IMG/VR virus record: IMGVR_UViG_3300013127_000002
Coordinates: 23,843-87,842 of that record
Direction: 5' to 3' (one strand)
Length of the DNA: 64,000 nucleotides
Origin: a virus
This document shows positions 36,601-45,338 of this stretch, piece after piece (the first letter of the stretch is position 1; each line of letters starts with the position of its first letter). The notes under the pieces are model-generated. The model was not told the origin of the DNA. It did not search any database and was given only the letters and a program-made list of their open reading frames with translations. The translations under genes were made by a program, and so were the position numbers.

Positions 36601-37229
36601 GTAAAGAGAAGTTGAAGTCTTATAAAGGCCCGGCTTTTGTTTTCAATCTCCATCAGATGATCAGCATCGTTAAGAAGAATCCCGAAGGTAGAGTGGTCGA
36701 AGAGGACGTACCGTTCTGGGAGTTTACCGAGGACATGGAGATCAAACCCAACCCCCGGTACCGGGAACTCTTCCGGAGTTATGACGCGGCTATGGGGTAC
36801 GTTTCTCGGCCAGTCTGTACCCTCCGCGAGTACATTGCGTTGAAGCACGGGATGTCTGTAGCGGCGGCCATCGAAGCAGGGTTTGTTACAGGAGAAGAGA
36901 GGTCGTTTTACAGTCATCTCTTGAATTCTCAGGGGATAAAAAAGTTGAAAAAGGGTGGGAATACGGCCCAAGGTGGTGCCGTATTCTGGGCGAGGATCTT
37001 TACCCTCCACCAAGGTCCTGGAAGTCAGAGCGGTGACATTCAGACGATAATTCAGAAGTACTCTAACATCGGGCCGGCGGAGGAGAACTACCCGCCCATG
37101 GACCCCTGGTACATGATCGACAGGGCAAACAATCTGCCGCAGACCCGGCAAGACTGGGATAGTATATTGTTGAGCTACCGCAATACCGTGCGGGCTCAGG
37201 GCGGGGACAAGGGAGTCCCGAGGCGTTAA
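33612..37229 (+). CDS. baseplate hub-like protein with internal lytic transglycosylase (SLT) domain
   Basis: AKESGF, RGLMQV, DPKWNIFAGVRY, GYGGG; hub-like flanks (FNPYIVPAFP, GYIMNVTHQ). Confidence 0.75.
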   Translation: MSEAFTNYTVNYPHQAAWIVYMNGLEVPVSSVFCDFGVNKIPSCTIDMPPDPRLTRLGFEDRIEVDVFYLDEFHNPDNPEFCLMGEFDIMGWAYSNSGSGRSLRFMCVGTVQIFQQLNMFYMSAVDDIVNAYLPATDTSATTVTPMVYFPASLFLQGIMPRLTAEKDVEGDTEVVTRTDFIKTPYQFIRNIFKSMLGKVDVGNADVNATSDPANMVPQSATSAPGRNFFARYMKRRDIYRRFVGLPFIDRDMQNPVDGCFPLIKAVQGTEVLNAIQSQLGASIGSAGTIWELLRSVLGTMYMEVVSIPAPTIAMAEKETGVMVDLFKGERNSGDLMGVIASNFIKPQCFFGLPPTCNIIFPSMVESLHIEENYTNQPTRVYLGEQFLSNILAAKASGSAAQLVTSTLTTGYPPVVKSRMKQYMLDAKQNTKNFLIWPEEFFRGPVVKQAAAPPWLWMLDKFRAAIEGTYGTGTGTGGGGAGWQSMGARKMRKFIEPYIQEAVSNWQVDRYWILSTIAKESGFHVHDGRIPSPKGQISRGLMQVNTDLFYNMIKLLRKEGKIPKDMTDEQISYNDPKWNIFAGVRYARQVMNICKLNPKNVNRQNLFFDPTKPINDMHVFIVGYGGGIGKGKWMKKQMDAGKKLGDLRRTAVSRPGNEGWQNFLERATARMAKAWDAIKADDLQMQASEDPAQDLKDVAGGDLLAEEYAAGNPDVGSSQMTPDPTENKEKPKQIPDPAQSQNKSESSQTTSQTSSSSQGDFYDPSKKPQQPQSIPDAPPEQSQVVDTTIAGMSQMEQDGLGQLFDYYAQYEYFRSRYENRIGGATLAFNPYIVPAFPAVLFDSKYSGVSTIGYIMNVTHQMSANANACMMSTTVNTAFQRTLPEFLGDMRTGWDAAFWADRPFPYTCFPIDPIPDVAAIFQQLSMANLFYAKFFHRAALDVPIPENKMEEEAKAQAEEDWATESSEAENAIADENKKAMAEAAGTTYQDSAVMDAEQRKEKLKSYKGPAFVFNLHQMISIVKKNPEGRVVEEDVPFWEFTEDMEIKPNPRYRELFRSYDAAMGYVSRPVCTLREYIALKHGMSVAAAIEAGFVTGEERSFYSHLLNSQGIKKLKKGGNTAQGGAVFWARIFTLHQGPGSQSGDIQTIIQKYSNIGPAEENYPPMDPWYMIDRANNLPQTRQDWDSILLSYRNTVRAQGGDKGVPRR

Positions 37230-37231
37230 CA

Positions 37232-37933
37232 ATGACCCTTCAACGGCAACAGCAGGACCTGGAACTCTGGCGACAGTGGAAGCAGTCGAACGACCCGGAG
37301 CATCTCAAGCTTCTGTTGGATCGCATGAATCCCCTAGTTCAACGGGAGGTCCAGAAGTGGGGTGCTGCGGTTCCCCGGGAGGCTCTCGAATCGAAGGGCA
37401 GGCTTCTGACGGTGCAAGCTCTCCGTACGTACGATCCGAGTAGAGGTGCGGCGATTGGCACACACGTAACGAGCAGGTTACGGAAGCTGTCCCGGGACGT
37501 GTATCCGTACCAGAACGTTGCTCGGTTGCCGGAAAACAAGCAGCTCCTTTACAATACGTTTCAGGTTGCGACGAACAACCTGATTGACCAACACGGAAGA
37601 GAGCCGACAGTGGACGAGCTGTCGGATGAGTTGAAGTGGCACCCCAAGAAAGTAGCTGATTTCCAGAAGTCGTTTAGTCGAAAAGAGCTCGTGGAATCTG
37701 CCGGCGCTTTCATGGAGGAAGGGTCCGCGGATGAGGGGTTGGTGGATTTCTACCACCACGGTTTGGCCCCGGCGGATAAGCTCATGTTTGAAGATCTCAT
37801 AGGATTCAAAGGCCGGTCTGCTCTGAATAACGCCCAGTTGATGAAGAAGTACGATCTCACACAGGGACAGCTCAGCTACAAGAAGCGCAAGTTCATCAAC
37901 GACCTCCGAGACATTCAACAAGGACGACGCTGA
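37232..37933 (+). CDS. phage sigma-70-family RNA polymerase sigma factor
   Basis: YDPSRGAAIGTHV (region 2), ARLPE, GREPTVDELSDEL (region 3). Confidence 0.82.
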   Translation: MTLQRQQQDLELWRQWKQSNDPEHLKLLLDRMNPLVQREVQKWGAAVPREALESKGRLLTVQALRTYDPSRGAAIGTHVTSRLRKLSRDVYPYQNVARLPENKQLLYNTFQVATNNLIDQHGREPTVDELSDELKWHPKKVADFQKSFSRKELVESAGAFMEEGSADEGLVDFYHHGLAPADKLMFEDLIGFKGRSALNNAQLMKKYDLTQGQLSYKKRKFINDLRDIQQGRR

Positions 37934-39285
37934 TGGCGGATGAATCCCTCACGTCTCTGGCCAGCGGGGAAGTAGCGCAGGCGTTCATGGACCACATGGG
38001 CGGAGCTGCGTACATTCGGGATTACGTAGAGTCGGATGGCACGTGGATGGACATGGTGACGCAGCTGACGCAATTCATGGAAAAGAACGTTGCGTACTAC
38101 GTCAATGCCGGGGTTGTGGACGCCCCCGAAACCCAAAAACGGAGAATGATTAGCGAGGATGGGTTTCCGGCGTACGTCAAGATCAACTATACCTTCCTTT
38201 CTCCAGGAGGATTTACGCCGTGGTCTTCGATAGAAGACCGTGAGATCAAACAAGTGGTTCTACACTCGTTCGGACAACAGTGGCATGCGTTCCAGAGCAG
38301 CGGCAAGTGGTTTGGTGTGATGAACAGTCCGGACAAGATGGAGATGTACTTCTATGAGGAGACCGGCCAGAAGATGCGCTGGATCCCCAAGGGGTCTGAC
38401 CCCGACCAGGGTATGGCACACAAGGGGCGCCTAGCGGCAGCCCTGAACGCCTGCATGTTCCCCTCTCCAGGCACTGCCGGAGTACATTTCATCATCAGCA
38501 GGTCGGGGGATTTGTATATTCTGGCAGACTGTAACGACGTCATGAACTCCGCACAGGATCTGAGCCCCACAGCATTGACGATTGCCTTGGAAGAGGCTTT
38601 GTACATCGAAGTGGAGAGCGGGCAATCCCGACCGGTTGCGACGTGGCTTCCTACGGGCAGTCCTTTAGGGACGGACGGGACGTTGGGATACTGGGATTGG
38701 TCCGAGCAACAGTACTTGACCCTCTCAATCCTTCTGAAGAAGTTGCAGACGGCGTATCCCGCGTTGGCGGTTCGGACCCACACAAGTTCGCCGGGCGAGG
38801 CTACGTCGGACTTTGTCGGCTATACAATGCATAGCCACATCTCAGGGGCGGACCCGCGGTATACCGACGTTTCCCCTCACCTCCAGACAGCAGATGCATG
38901 GACTGACTTGTTCGATCTGGTTGATCAACAGAAACAGATCACGGCCACCAACGTGTGGGTGTCTCCCGCGAAAGGGTACGAAGGTCGTCTTGCGTGGGCG
39001 GAGAACATCGTTGGGACGTTGCAGAATCTGGGCACCGCGGGGCTCACACAGCAGATGATGACCAATCCTAGCCTGGTTTCCCTTATGGGAACATTGAGGG
39101 CGCATCGCGAGTTCCAGAACGACAATACCGCCTACAGGAAGAAGGCAGCGAAAAACGCGGCTCTGGCCAGTTCCGCCAAAAAGGTTCAGACTGGAATGGA
39201 TCGTGCGGTTGACCGAGCGATGCAGTCTCCCCTGAACACTCCGTCCAAGGTCGAAGGCGAGTCCGAGTGTGAGTGGGATATATGA
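37933..39285 (+). CDS. N-acetylmuramoyl-L-alanine amidase-like virion protein
   Basis: QVVLHS, GVHFIISRSGDLY, IALE, HSHIS (Amidase_2-like). Confidence 0.65.
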   Translation: MADESLTSLASGEVAQAFMDHMGGAAYIRDYVESDGTWMDMVTQLTQFMEKNVAYYVNAGVVDAPETQKRRMISEDGFPAYVKINYTFLSPGGFTPWSSIEDREIKQVVLHSFGQQWHAFQSSGKWFGVMNSPDKMEMYFYEETGQKMRWIPKGSDPDQGMAHKGRLAAALNACMFPSPGTAGVHFIISRSGDLYILADCNDVMNSAQDLSPTALTIALEEALYIEVESGQSRPVATWLPTGSPLGTDGTLGYWDWSEQQYLTLSILLKKLQTAYPALAVRTHTSSPGEATSDFVGYTMHSHISGADPRYTDVSPHLQTADAWTDLFDLVDQQKQITATNVWVSPAKGYEGRLAWAENIVGTLQNLGTAGLTQQMMTNPSLVSLMGTLRAHREFQNDNTAYRKKAAKNAALASSAKKVQTGMDRAVDRAMQSPLNTPSKVEGESECEWDI

Positions 39286-39293
39286 GGTGATCG

Positions 39294-39746
39294 ATGCCGA
39301 GATACGACATCCACTTCCAGCCAGTCATGCCTCCCGAAGACCAGCGCGGGTTCAAGTCGTTCACGTTCGGCTTCACGTCTGCCCTGAGAGTCCGAGGGAC
39401 ACAATCACTGGTTAACCGTTGGGTGAAGACGTTCTACACTCCCAAGGGTAGTGATCTTTTGCATCCAGGTTACGGGACTGATTTCGGGAGTCTGGCAGGG
39501 TCGAACATCGTTAATGACTTCTCTACGCTCCAAGATACGGTTATCATGGCCATAGACGATGCGAGCGAGCAGGTTCGCCGTCAGGACGAGGCCGAGTCTT
39601 TGGACGATGATGAATCCTTGGAGTCTGCGGAGCTGGGCAGTTTTGTTCCAACGTCTTCAAGAGACGGTTTCGACTTTTGGGTCGTTCTTACCAACCGACT
39701 GGGAACGAGCCTACAAGTGAAATTGACCACGTTGGCTTCGAGGTAA
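39294..39746 (+). CDS. baseplate wedge protein, gp25-like
   Basis: TPKGSDLLHPGYGT motif. Confidence 0.75.
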   Translation: MPRYDIHFQPVMPPEDQRGFKSFTFGFTSALRVRGTQSLVNRWVKTFYTPKGSDLLHPGYGTDFGSLAGSNIVNDFSTLQDTVIMAIDDASEQVRRQDEAESLDDDESLESAELGSFVPTSSRDGFDFWVVLTNRLGTSLQVKLTTLASR

Positions 39747-39750
39747 ACAC

Positions 39751-41841
39751 ATGGCGCGTCAAATCACAGTCAGCCAGGAAGATCTCCAGAATGCCGAATC
39801 CTTTCTGGTTGAGTTTCTCGCAGAGTCAGTACCGGAAGCGTCTTTTGTTGAAGGCAGTGCGGTGCGGGATCTTGCCGTCAAGGCGTTCTCCTACATCTTC
39901 GCGTATCTCCGCAAGGAGAATGCGTTGTTGGACGCCAAGCGGTCTTTGAAGCAGGTTCTCGATGCTGCTACCAGCGGACAAGACATTACAAACGTCAATG
40001 ACATCGTTGACGAGATCATGTCCAACTGGTTCATCACGCGTAGGGACGGTATCGTTGCGAGGTTGACTGCCACGTTGCATTTCAGCAAGAAGACTTCCGT
40101 ATCGGTCCCCCAAGAGACGCGTTTCTGGAGGACCAGCACGCTGGCCTTCTACGTGGATTCGTCTTCGTACCCGTACGTGATCTCCGAGCTCGACATGCTT
40201 CCGGTATTCGATATCCGGGGACGACTTGTTGATTACACCGTAAACGTCCCCCTCCGTGCGGCCAGGATCGGTGAAGGATACAACTTCCCTCCTGGGATAT
40301 TCACACGTGTCGAGGCTCCCGGCGGGTTGCCGTACTTTACGTACGCAGACCACAAGGTTTCTGCCAGCGGGGGGACAGCGGTGGAATCGAATGTCGAGGT
40401 TATCGACCGCGCTCAAACAGCCATTTCGGTACGAAACCTCATCAACAGCAGGTCGTGTGATGTTGTGCTTCGTGAAGAGTTCCCAGACGTGCAGGACGTT
40501 CTCACGATCGGGATGGCGGAACCGGAAATGATGCGGGATGTGCGTCCGGAGATGGCGGCACACATCCGCATCCACGTAGGCGGCTGTTACGACACGTACA
40601 TTGAATTGCCGCTAGTTCCGGTGGAAGAGAATCTTCGGGTGGGCGGGTTCTATGTACGTCCGGATAATGTCATCAACATCTTCCGGGATCCTGACTACAC
40701 GTACGGCGTTCTGGATTTTGTTGCCAGCGGAGTACAAGTCGGACACATCTTCCATATCCAGTCCGGCATTTCTGGGACTCCCCGGGGGTTTGTCATCACA
40801 CACGTCTCGGATCACGAGCTTGAGGTGAGTGAGAATGTTCCGTTCCCGGAGGCTTCGGATGAGTTGGATGTCAACGCGGTGGTCTACTCCATCGGGGAAT
40901 ACGAACCCAGTTTCTTCGATGTCATCTTCACACGCACGGCTACGAATTTGGCGAATCCCAGTATTCCATGCGGCACCTCTCGGCACATCCAGACTCCGGG
41001 CATGGTCGTTCTCTCTGGGAGGCCGATACAGGATATCCTGACCGTTGAACTGCGAGATCCGGATGCCGCAGACGCCGGGATCACGGATCCGTCGACCAAG
41101 ACAATCTTTTTTACTGATCGCAGGAATGGACCTCCGGCAGTTGTGGCTATTCCGGGGATGTCTCAATATCAGTTCATGACGAGGAATCCGTACAAGGCTC
41201 AATCCGGAGAGGCCCTGAACATGATCAATGTGGGTTACCCTTCTCCCGATGAGGGGCACTTTGACGGAAAGACTTTGCGGATCTCGTACACTACGCTGAG
41301 CGGATTCGAGAACGTAGATGAGTACACGAAATCCCGGGATGTTCGAATTCTGGCGGGAAGTCAGCTTGTCCGTACGCGTAACCCGGTTTGGATAAGCTGT
41401 ACGATCCCGTATCGCTTGAAGCCCACGGCGGCAATCACACTGGATGAGACAGCAGCCGCGGAATTGATTTCCGCGTACATCAATTCCTTCGACCCGAACG
41501 ACGATCTCGACATGAACGATTTGGCCACGCAGGTCCGACTGGCCTATCCGATTGTGGGGACGGTGTTTCCGTTCAATATCTATTACGACCTCTTCTCTCC
41601 GGACGGTCAGCTGATCCAGTTCTCGACGTCTGATATCGTGTCCATCTTCTCGTTGTCCACGAATGGTGTCGTACTGGAGAACTCGGCGGACATTTTGGTC
41701 CCGCCCCTGATGGTCGCGGAGGGGGTCACAGTCATCGACGACACGACGCTGTCGGAATACCTGACCCTCATGGGCGTGAGCGACCGTACGGTGCGCTATA
41801 GGTGCAAGCCGGAGCTCATCACCTTTGTTCTCCAGGGGTAA
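39751..41841 (+). CDS. baseplate J/gp6-like wedge protein
   Basis: EGSAVRDL, SNWFITRRDG, GEGYN, SGGTAVES. Confidence 0.75.
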   Translation: MARQITVSQEDLQNAESFLVEFLAESVPEASFVEGSAVRDLAVKAFSYIFAYLRKENALLDAKRSLKQVLDAATSGQDITNVNDIVDEIMSNWFITRRDGIVARLTATLHFSKKTSVSVPQETRFWRTSTLAFYVDSSSYPYVISELDMLPVFDIRGRLVDYTVNVPLRAARIGEGYNFPPGIFTRVEAPGGLPYFTYADHKVSASGGTAVESNVEVIDRAQTAISVRNLINSRSCDVVLREEFPDVQDVLTIGMAEPEMMRDVRPEMAAHIRIHVGGCYDTYIELPLVPVEENLRVGGFYVRPDNVINIFRDPDYTYGVLDFVASGVQVGHIFHIQSGISGTPRGFVITHVSDHELEVSENVPFPEASDELDVNAVVYSIGEYEPSFFDVIFTRTATNLANPSIPCGTSRHIQTPGMVVLSGRPIQDILTVELRDPDAADAGITDPSTKTIFFTDRRNGPPAVVAIPGMSQYQFMTRNPYKAQSGEALNMINVGYPSPDEGHFDGKTLRISYTTLSGFENVDEYTKSRDVRILAGSQLVRTRNPVWISCTIPYRLKPTAAITLDETAAAELISAYINSFDPNDDLDMNDLATQVRLAYPIVGTVFPFNIYYDLFSPDGQLIQFSTSDIVSIFSLSTNGVVLENSADILVPPLMVAEGVTVIDDTTLSEYLTLMGVSDRTVRYRCKPELITFVLQG

Positions 41842-41844
41842 CGA

Positions 41845-44742
41845 ATGCCGCAACCACTTCAAATCGGGGACAAGAACTCCGCGCTCTTCGACGGGCTGAC
41901 AGGATTCTGGACTCGTTTCTGGAGGGACACGCAGGACCTCCACGCGTATTACAACGCGTCGGAGATCTACATCGGTCAGGCGTACCTCGACATGCTGAGT
42001 GGTGTTTTGAACCACGGAATCGTGGACCAGCCGGTGTTCAATAAAGAGTACTGGCGGCTGTTCGAGATAAAAGAAAACGAGATCTCGTTCAAGGAGGGCG
42101 TGTCTGTTGCGGAAGATAGGTATGTCTACGACATGCCTGGTTCAATTCGGACAGCCGACTTCTTGCAGAATTCAATTTTCGACCCCACCGTTCTTTACGA
42201 GCGCGGGGTTGACTTCGACGTTCTGGATATTGATGGATACGCGAGGTTCAAGACAGACCCGTTCCGTGAGTATCTAGACACTGACGGGGCGCTGTTACCC
42301 AAACCCGGCATTGCGTGGCGCAGTGTTGATATCCAAGTCGGCAATCAGTTCCGGGATGTTGAACGCGAGGTGGACTGGCGTGACGACTCGGAGACCAAGC
42401 CCGGGGACATTCTTCGGCTTCTGGCTCAGGCGGTGGATATCCGGAGAGATGACGCCGGAGCCAATCCTGGTTTGATCTTCTATGCCTTGGGCGCGTACCG
42501 GTTTTATACCGCGTATGACTTGTCCTTGGACGCCGGTGTGGGAGATGTCATCCAGGTCTATGGTTCTGGAACAGTGTACGACGGGTACTACATCATCAAG
42601 GAGATACCTGTTCCGTATTTCCCCGGCGGGTACGTAGAGCTTGAAGAGACGTTCTATGCTCCTCTCATTACGAGCCCAGGTACTCTCAACTGGAAGCTCA
42701 TCAAGATGTCGTACTTCGACTTCTTCTCCAAGGACTTCCTGGTTGATTACATCGAAGCGCAGTACCTGGTCGGAGGGATTGAAGCACCGTACCAACTGGG
42801 CCTCAAGGAACCAATTGTTTATGCTGTGGTTCGGGATGTGGCGGAGCCGGATGTTATTGGGCTTCCCGTGAGTCCGGTGTTGCCGACAGATCTTGGTTAC
42901 ACACACATCATTCCGGGGTCCTTGAAGGTTTTCGCTCTCCGCGATGACGGGGAGGGGAAGGTTCGGGAAGGTGAGGATTACACCGTAAATTACCTTACAG
43001 GTTGGCTCTACCCGATGACGGTACCCCCGGGACACTGGGACCCGGCCAGCATCAACACGTGCAGCTTCCAGTACCAGCGTGAGCTGGTCAAGTCCGCGGG
43101 AGGGGCCGTGGTAGAGCGGGCAGTAGGTACGGTCAAACAGCTCGGGATGTGGGTACCGGAAGTGGAAGTAGACAGGTTCAACCTGTACTACCACTACGGA
43201 TATCTCCTCAATCGTTTTGAGGCGTCGTCCGAGACCTACAAAGCATTTCTCCGCGGGATCATGCACCTTTACGTTCATGGTCCGATCTTCGAGCGTATGG
43301 TCTCCGGAATGAATGTCGTGGCAGGATACCCGCTCATCCGAATGGATGGGGAAGTTCTCCAGAGCTACTTCAACGGCATCGATGCTCAGAGTCCTACAGA
43401 CGGCCAGATTGTAGGGGCGGCTAAAACCTTTACGACAACGGCGGTCACATACACGTTTACCGAGTTGGATATTGGCGGCTATATCATTTTCCCGAATGCC
43501 TTGAGTGCGTTTAACCGGGGTAAGTTCCGGATTCTCGATCTCATAGACGCCCAGACTGTTTTGTTGGAGTCTCCTTACGTAATGGTCGATGAAGGACCTC
43601 CCCTCGAATGGGTTCTGTCTCGTGATTACGCGAAGGTGGTTGTCACGGACAAGTACACGTACAAGTACCCGTATTTCGTTCCGATGCGTCCAGATATCGA
43701 AGACCCGTTGAGCATCGGTACGTTGACGTTCAAGGCGTTCGAGGCGATCACCCTGGCGTTTACGTTGACGGACTACGTGGAATCTCCGCTGTGGTGGGTC
43801 AACAAGACCATTCCGTACACGCTGTTTCCGACGACCAATCTTTTCCGGAGAATTGCGTCGGACGGGCTGATCGAGAACATTTTCGATCCCGATGACCTGG
43901 CGATGTTCGATGATCCTGGTTTGTTTTTTGACGCGGATGAAGATGGAGTCGTATCCACGTTGGATCACCAGTATCGGCACAGTGTGGGGTTCATCCTTTT
44001 CGATAAGTATCTCAAGTACCACATGTTCTATGTGGAGATCAGCCCGGACCTCGAACTCCCGGCGTCGTTCAAGAGCGATTTCGAGGATATGGTTCTCGTT
44101 ACCAAGCCGGCGTATACGTATCCCTACGTGGAACCTAACGAGGCGTTCCTCGATGTGGGGTGGTTGACCGACACGTTCAACATCTCGGCGTTCAAGTTCT
44201 ACTGGGGAGAGCTGGAAAGCATCCTCCTGGCTGGCAATGAGTTGACCTTTGATGCGGAGACGGATCTCGCGTTTGACGACTATTTCACATATGTCGAGCA
44301 CATGGGAGTGCCGCTGGTGTTTCCTACACCTCCTGTATTCCCCCTGGTTCTGGCTCCCGGAGAACGGCCTATAGTTGTCAATATCCGGGCTACGGCCGGG
44401 GGGCTACCCGTACTGGAAGGTATACACTATGCCGTTCACTACGACCCGAACGACCCGATGTTCGGCATGGTCGAATTGAACTTGGCGTACCCTCCGTGGG
44501 ACCCGGGAGGATTCGTGGATCTGGAATGTGCCGCAATCGTGAATGCTGCTGCGATTTTACCGCTCATCCCGGATACGACTGTAGGGTACACCCCTCTGAT
44601 ATTCGATGGAGGTGATCCTGCGTATGTTCGGGAAGCTATGAGCGCAGTGTCTGCCAAAACGGAGCATGTGGACCGTCCTCTGAGTCTTAAAATCGATGTT
44701 AACTGGCCTGGGGGGGTTTCCTACGATTATGATTCCGTGTAA
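41845..44742 (+). CDS. large baseplate wedge/structural protein
   Basis: 965 aa acidic; YKAFLRGI...GP; KPAYT motif. Confidence 0.6.
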   Translation: MPQPLQIGDKNSALFDGLTGFWTRFWRDTQDLHAYYNASEIYIGQAYLDMLSGVLNHGIVDQPVFNKEYWRLFEIKENEISFKEGVSVAEDRYVYDMPGSIRTADFLQNSIFDPTVLYERGVDFDVLDIDGYARFKTDPFREYLDTDGALLPKPGIAWRSVDIQVGNQFRDVEREVDWRDDSETKPGDILRLLAQAVDIRRDDAGANPGLIFYALGAYRFYTAYDLSLDAGVGDVIQVYGSGTVYDGYYIIKEIPVPYFPGGYVELEETFYAPLITSPGTLNWKLIKMSYFDFFSKDFLVDYIEAQYLVGGIEAPYQLGLKEPIVYAVVRDVAEPDVIGLPVSPVLPTDLGYTHIIPGSLKVFALRDDGEGKVREGEDYTVNYLTGWLYPMTVPPGHWDPASINTCSFQYQRELVKSAGGAVVERAVGTVKQLGMWVPEVEVDRFNLYYHYGYLLNRFEASSETYKAFLRGIMHLYVHGPIFERMVSGMNVVAGYPLIRMDGEVLQSYFNGIDAQSPTDGQIVGAAKTFTTTAVTYTFTELDIGGYIIFPNALSAFNRGKFRILDLIDAQTVLLESPYVMVDEGPPLEWVLSRDYAKVVVTDKYTYKYPYFVPMRPDIEDPLSIGTLTFKAFEAITLAFTLTDYVESPLWWVNKTIPYTLFPTTNLFRRIASDGLIENIFDPDDLAMFDDPGLFFDADEDGVVSTLDHQYRHSVGFILFDKYLKYHMFYVEISPDLELPASFKSDFEDMVLVTKPAYTYPYVEPNEAFLDVGWLTDTFNISAFKFYWGELESILLAGNELTFDAETDLAFDDYFTYVEHMGVPLVFPTPPVFPLVLAPGERPIVVNIRATAGGLPVLEGIHYAVHYDPNDPMFGMVELNLAYPPWDPGGFVDLECAAIVNAAAILPLIPDTTVGYTPLIFDGGDPAYVREAMSAVSAKTEHVDRPLSLKIDVNWPGGVSYDYDSV

Positions 44743-44777
44743 GAGTGTGCTAAAGTAAGTCATTCACCTGAGAGGCC

Positions 44778-45329
44778 ATGATGAGCGCAAAAACTTCGCT
44801 GGTATCCAACGGGCACCTGTACGGACACATGACCGTGACCGTTTACGACGTAAAGAACGGCAAGAAGCGAAAGGTGCTCCGGATCACTAAGAAAAACCAG
44901 GTCACGAATGGCGGACGAGAATCAGTACTCGCATTGCTGGCGCAGGATCCCGCGGGGTTGGTAATTCAACAGCACCCTGAATACAACCAGATCTGGTCTC
45001 TGGCTATCGGGTCGGACGGGACCCCGGTCAGTATCTTGGACATGTCGTTGTACGCGGAGATTGATCGTTTGGCGCTCACGATACCTGCTGAGAGGGAGTA
45101 CATTGTAGTCCCTCCCGCCATCTTCGAGATCCACATCCACAAGGAAGTTCCTCCTGGGGTACACACAGGAGTACACTTTCAGGAGGCGGGGTTGTATACT
45201 CGGGGTGACGGCGTGGACCCAATGACGCAAGTTCTCTATGCCCGGCAGACCCATCCAGAGTTCGAAAAAGGAGCGTCCATGGCCGTCGAGTACGATTGGC
45301 GTCTTGGTATGCTCGTCCAGGCACCATAG
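44778..45329 (+). CDS. tail collar/fibre-attachment protein
   Basis: KNQVTNGGR, AIGSDGT, EAGLY...LYAR...EK. Confidence 0.6.
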   Translation: MMSAKTSLVSNGHLYGHMTVTVYDVKNGKKRKVLRITKKNQVTNGGRESVLALLAQDPAGLVIQQHPEYNQIWSLAIGSDGTPVSILDMSLYAEIDRLALTIPAEREYIVVPPAIFEIHIHKEVPPGVHTGVHFQEAGLYTRGDGVDPMTQVLYARQTHPEFEKGASMAVEYDWRLGMLVQAP

Positions 45330-45338
45330 GAGTAGAGA

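Noticed and set aside
42295-44301. Long antisense ORFs (668 aa here; also 40612-42015, 46605-47849, 36015-37232, 60607-61842)
   Set aside because: Shadow ORFs opposite well-supported genes in a GC-rich genome; no motifs or RBS
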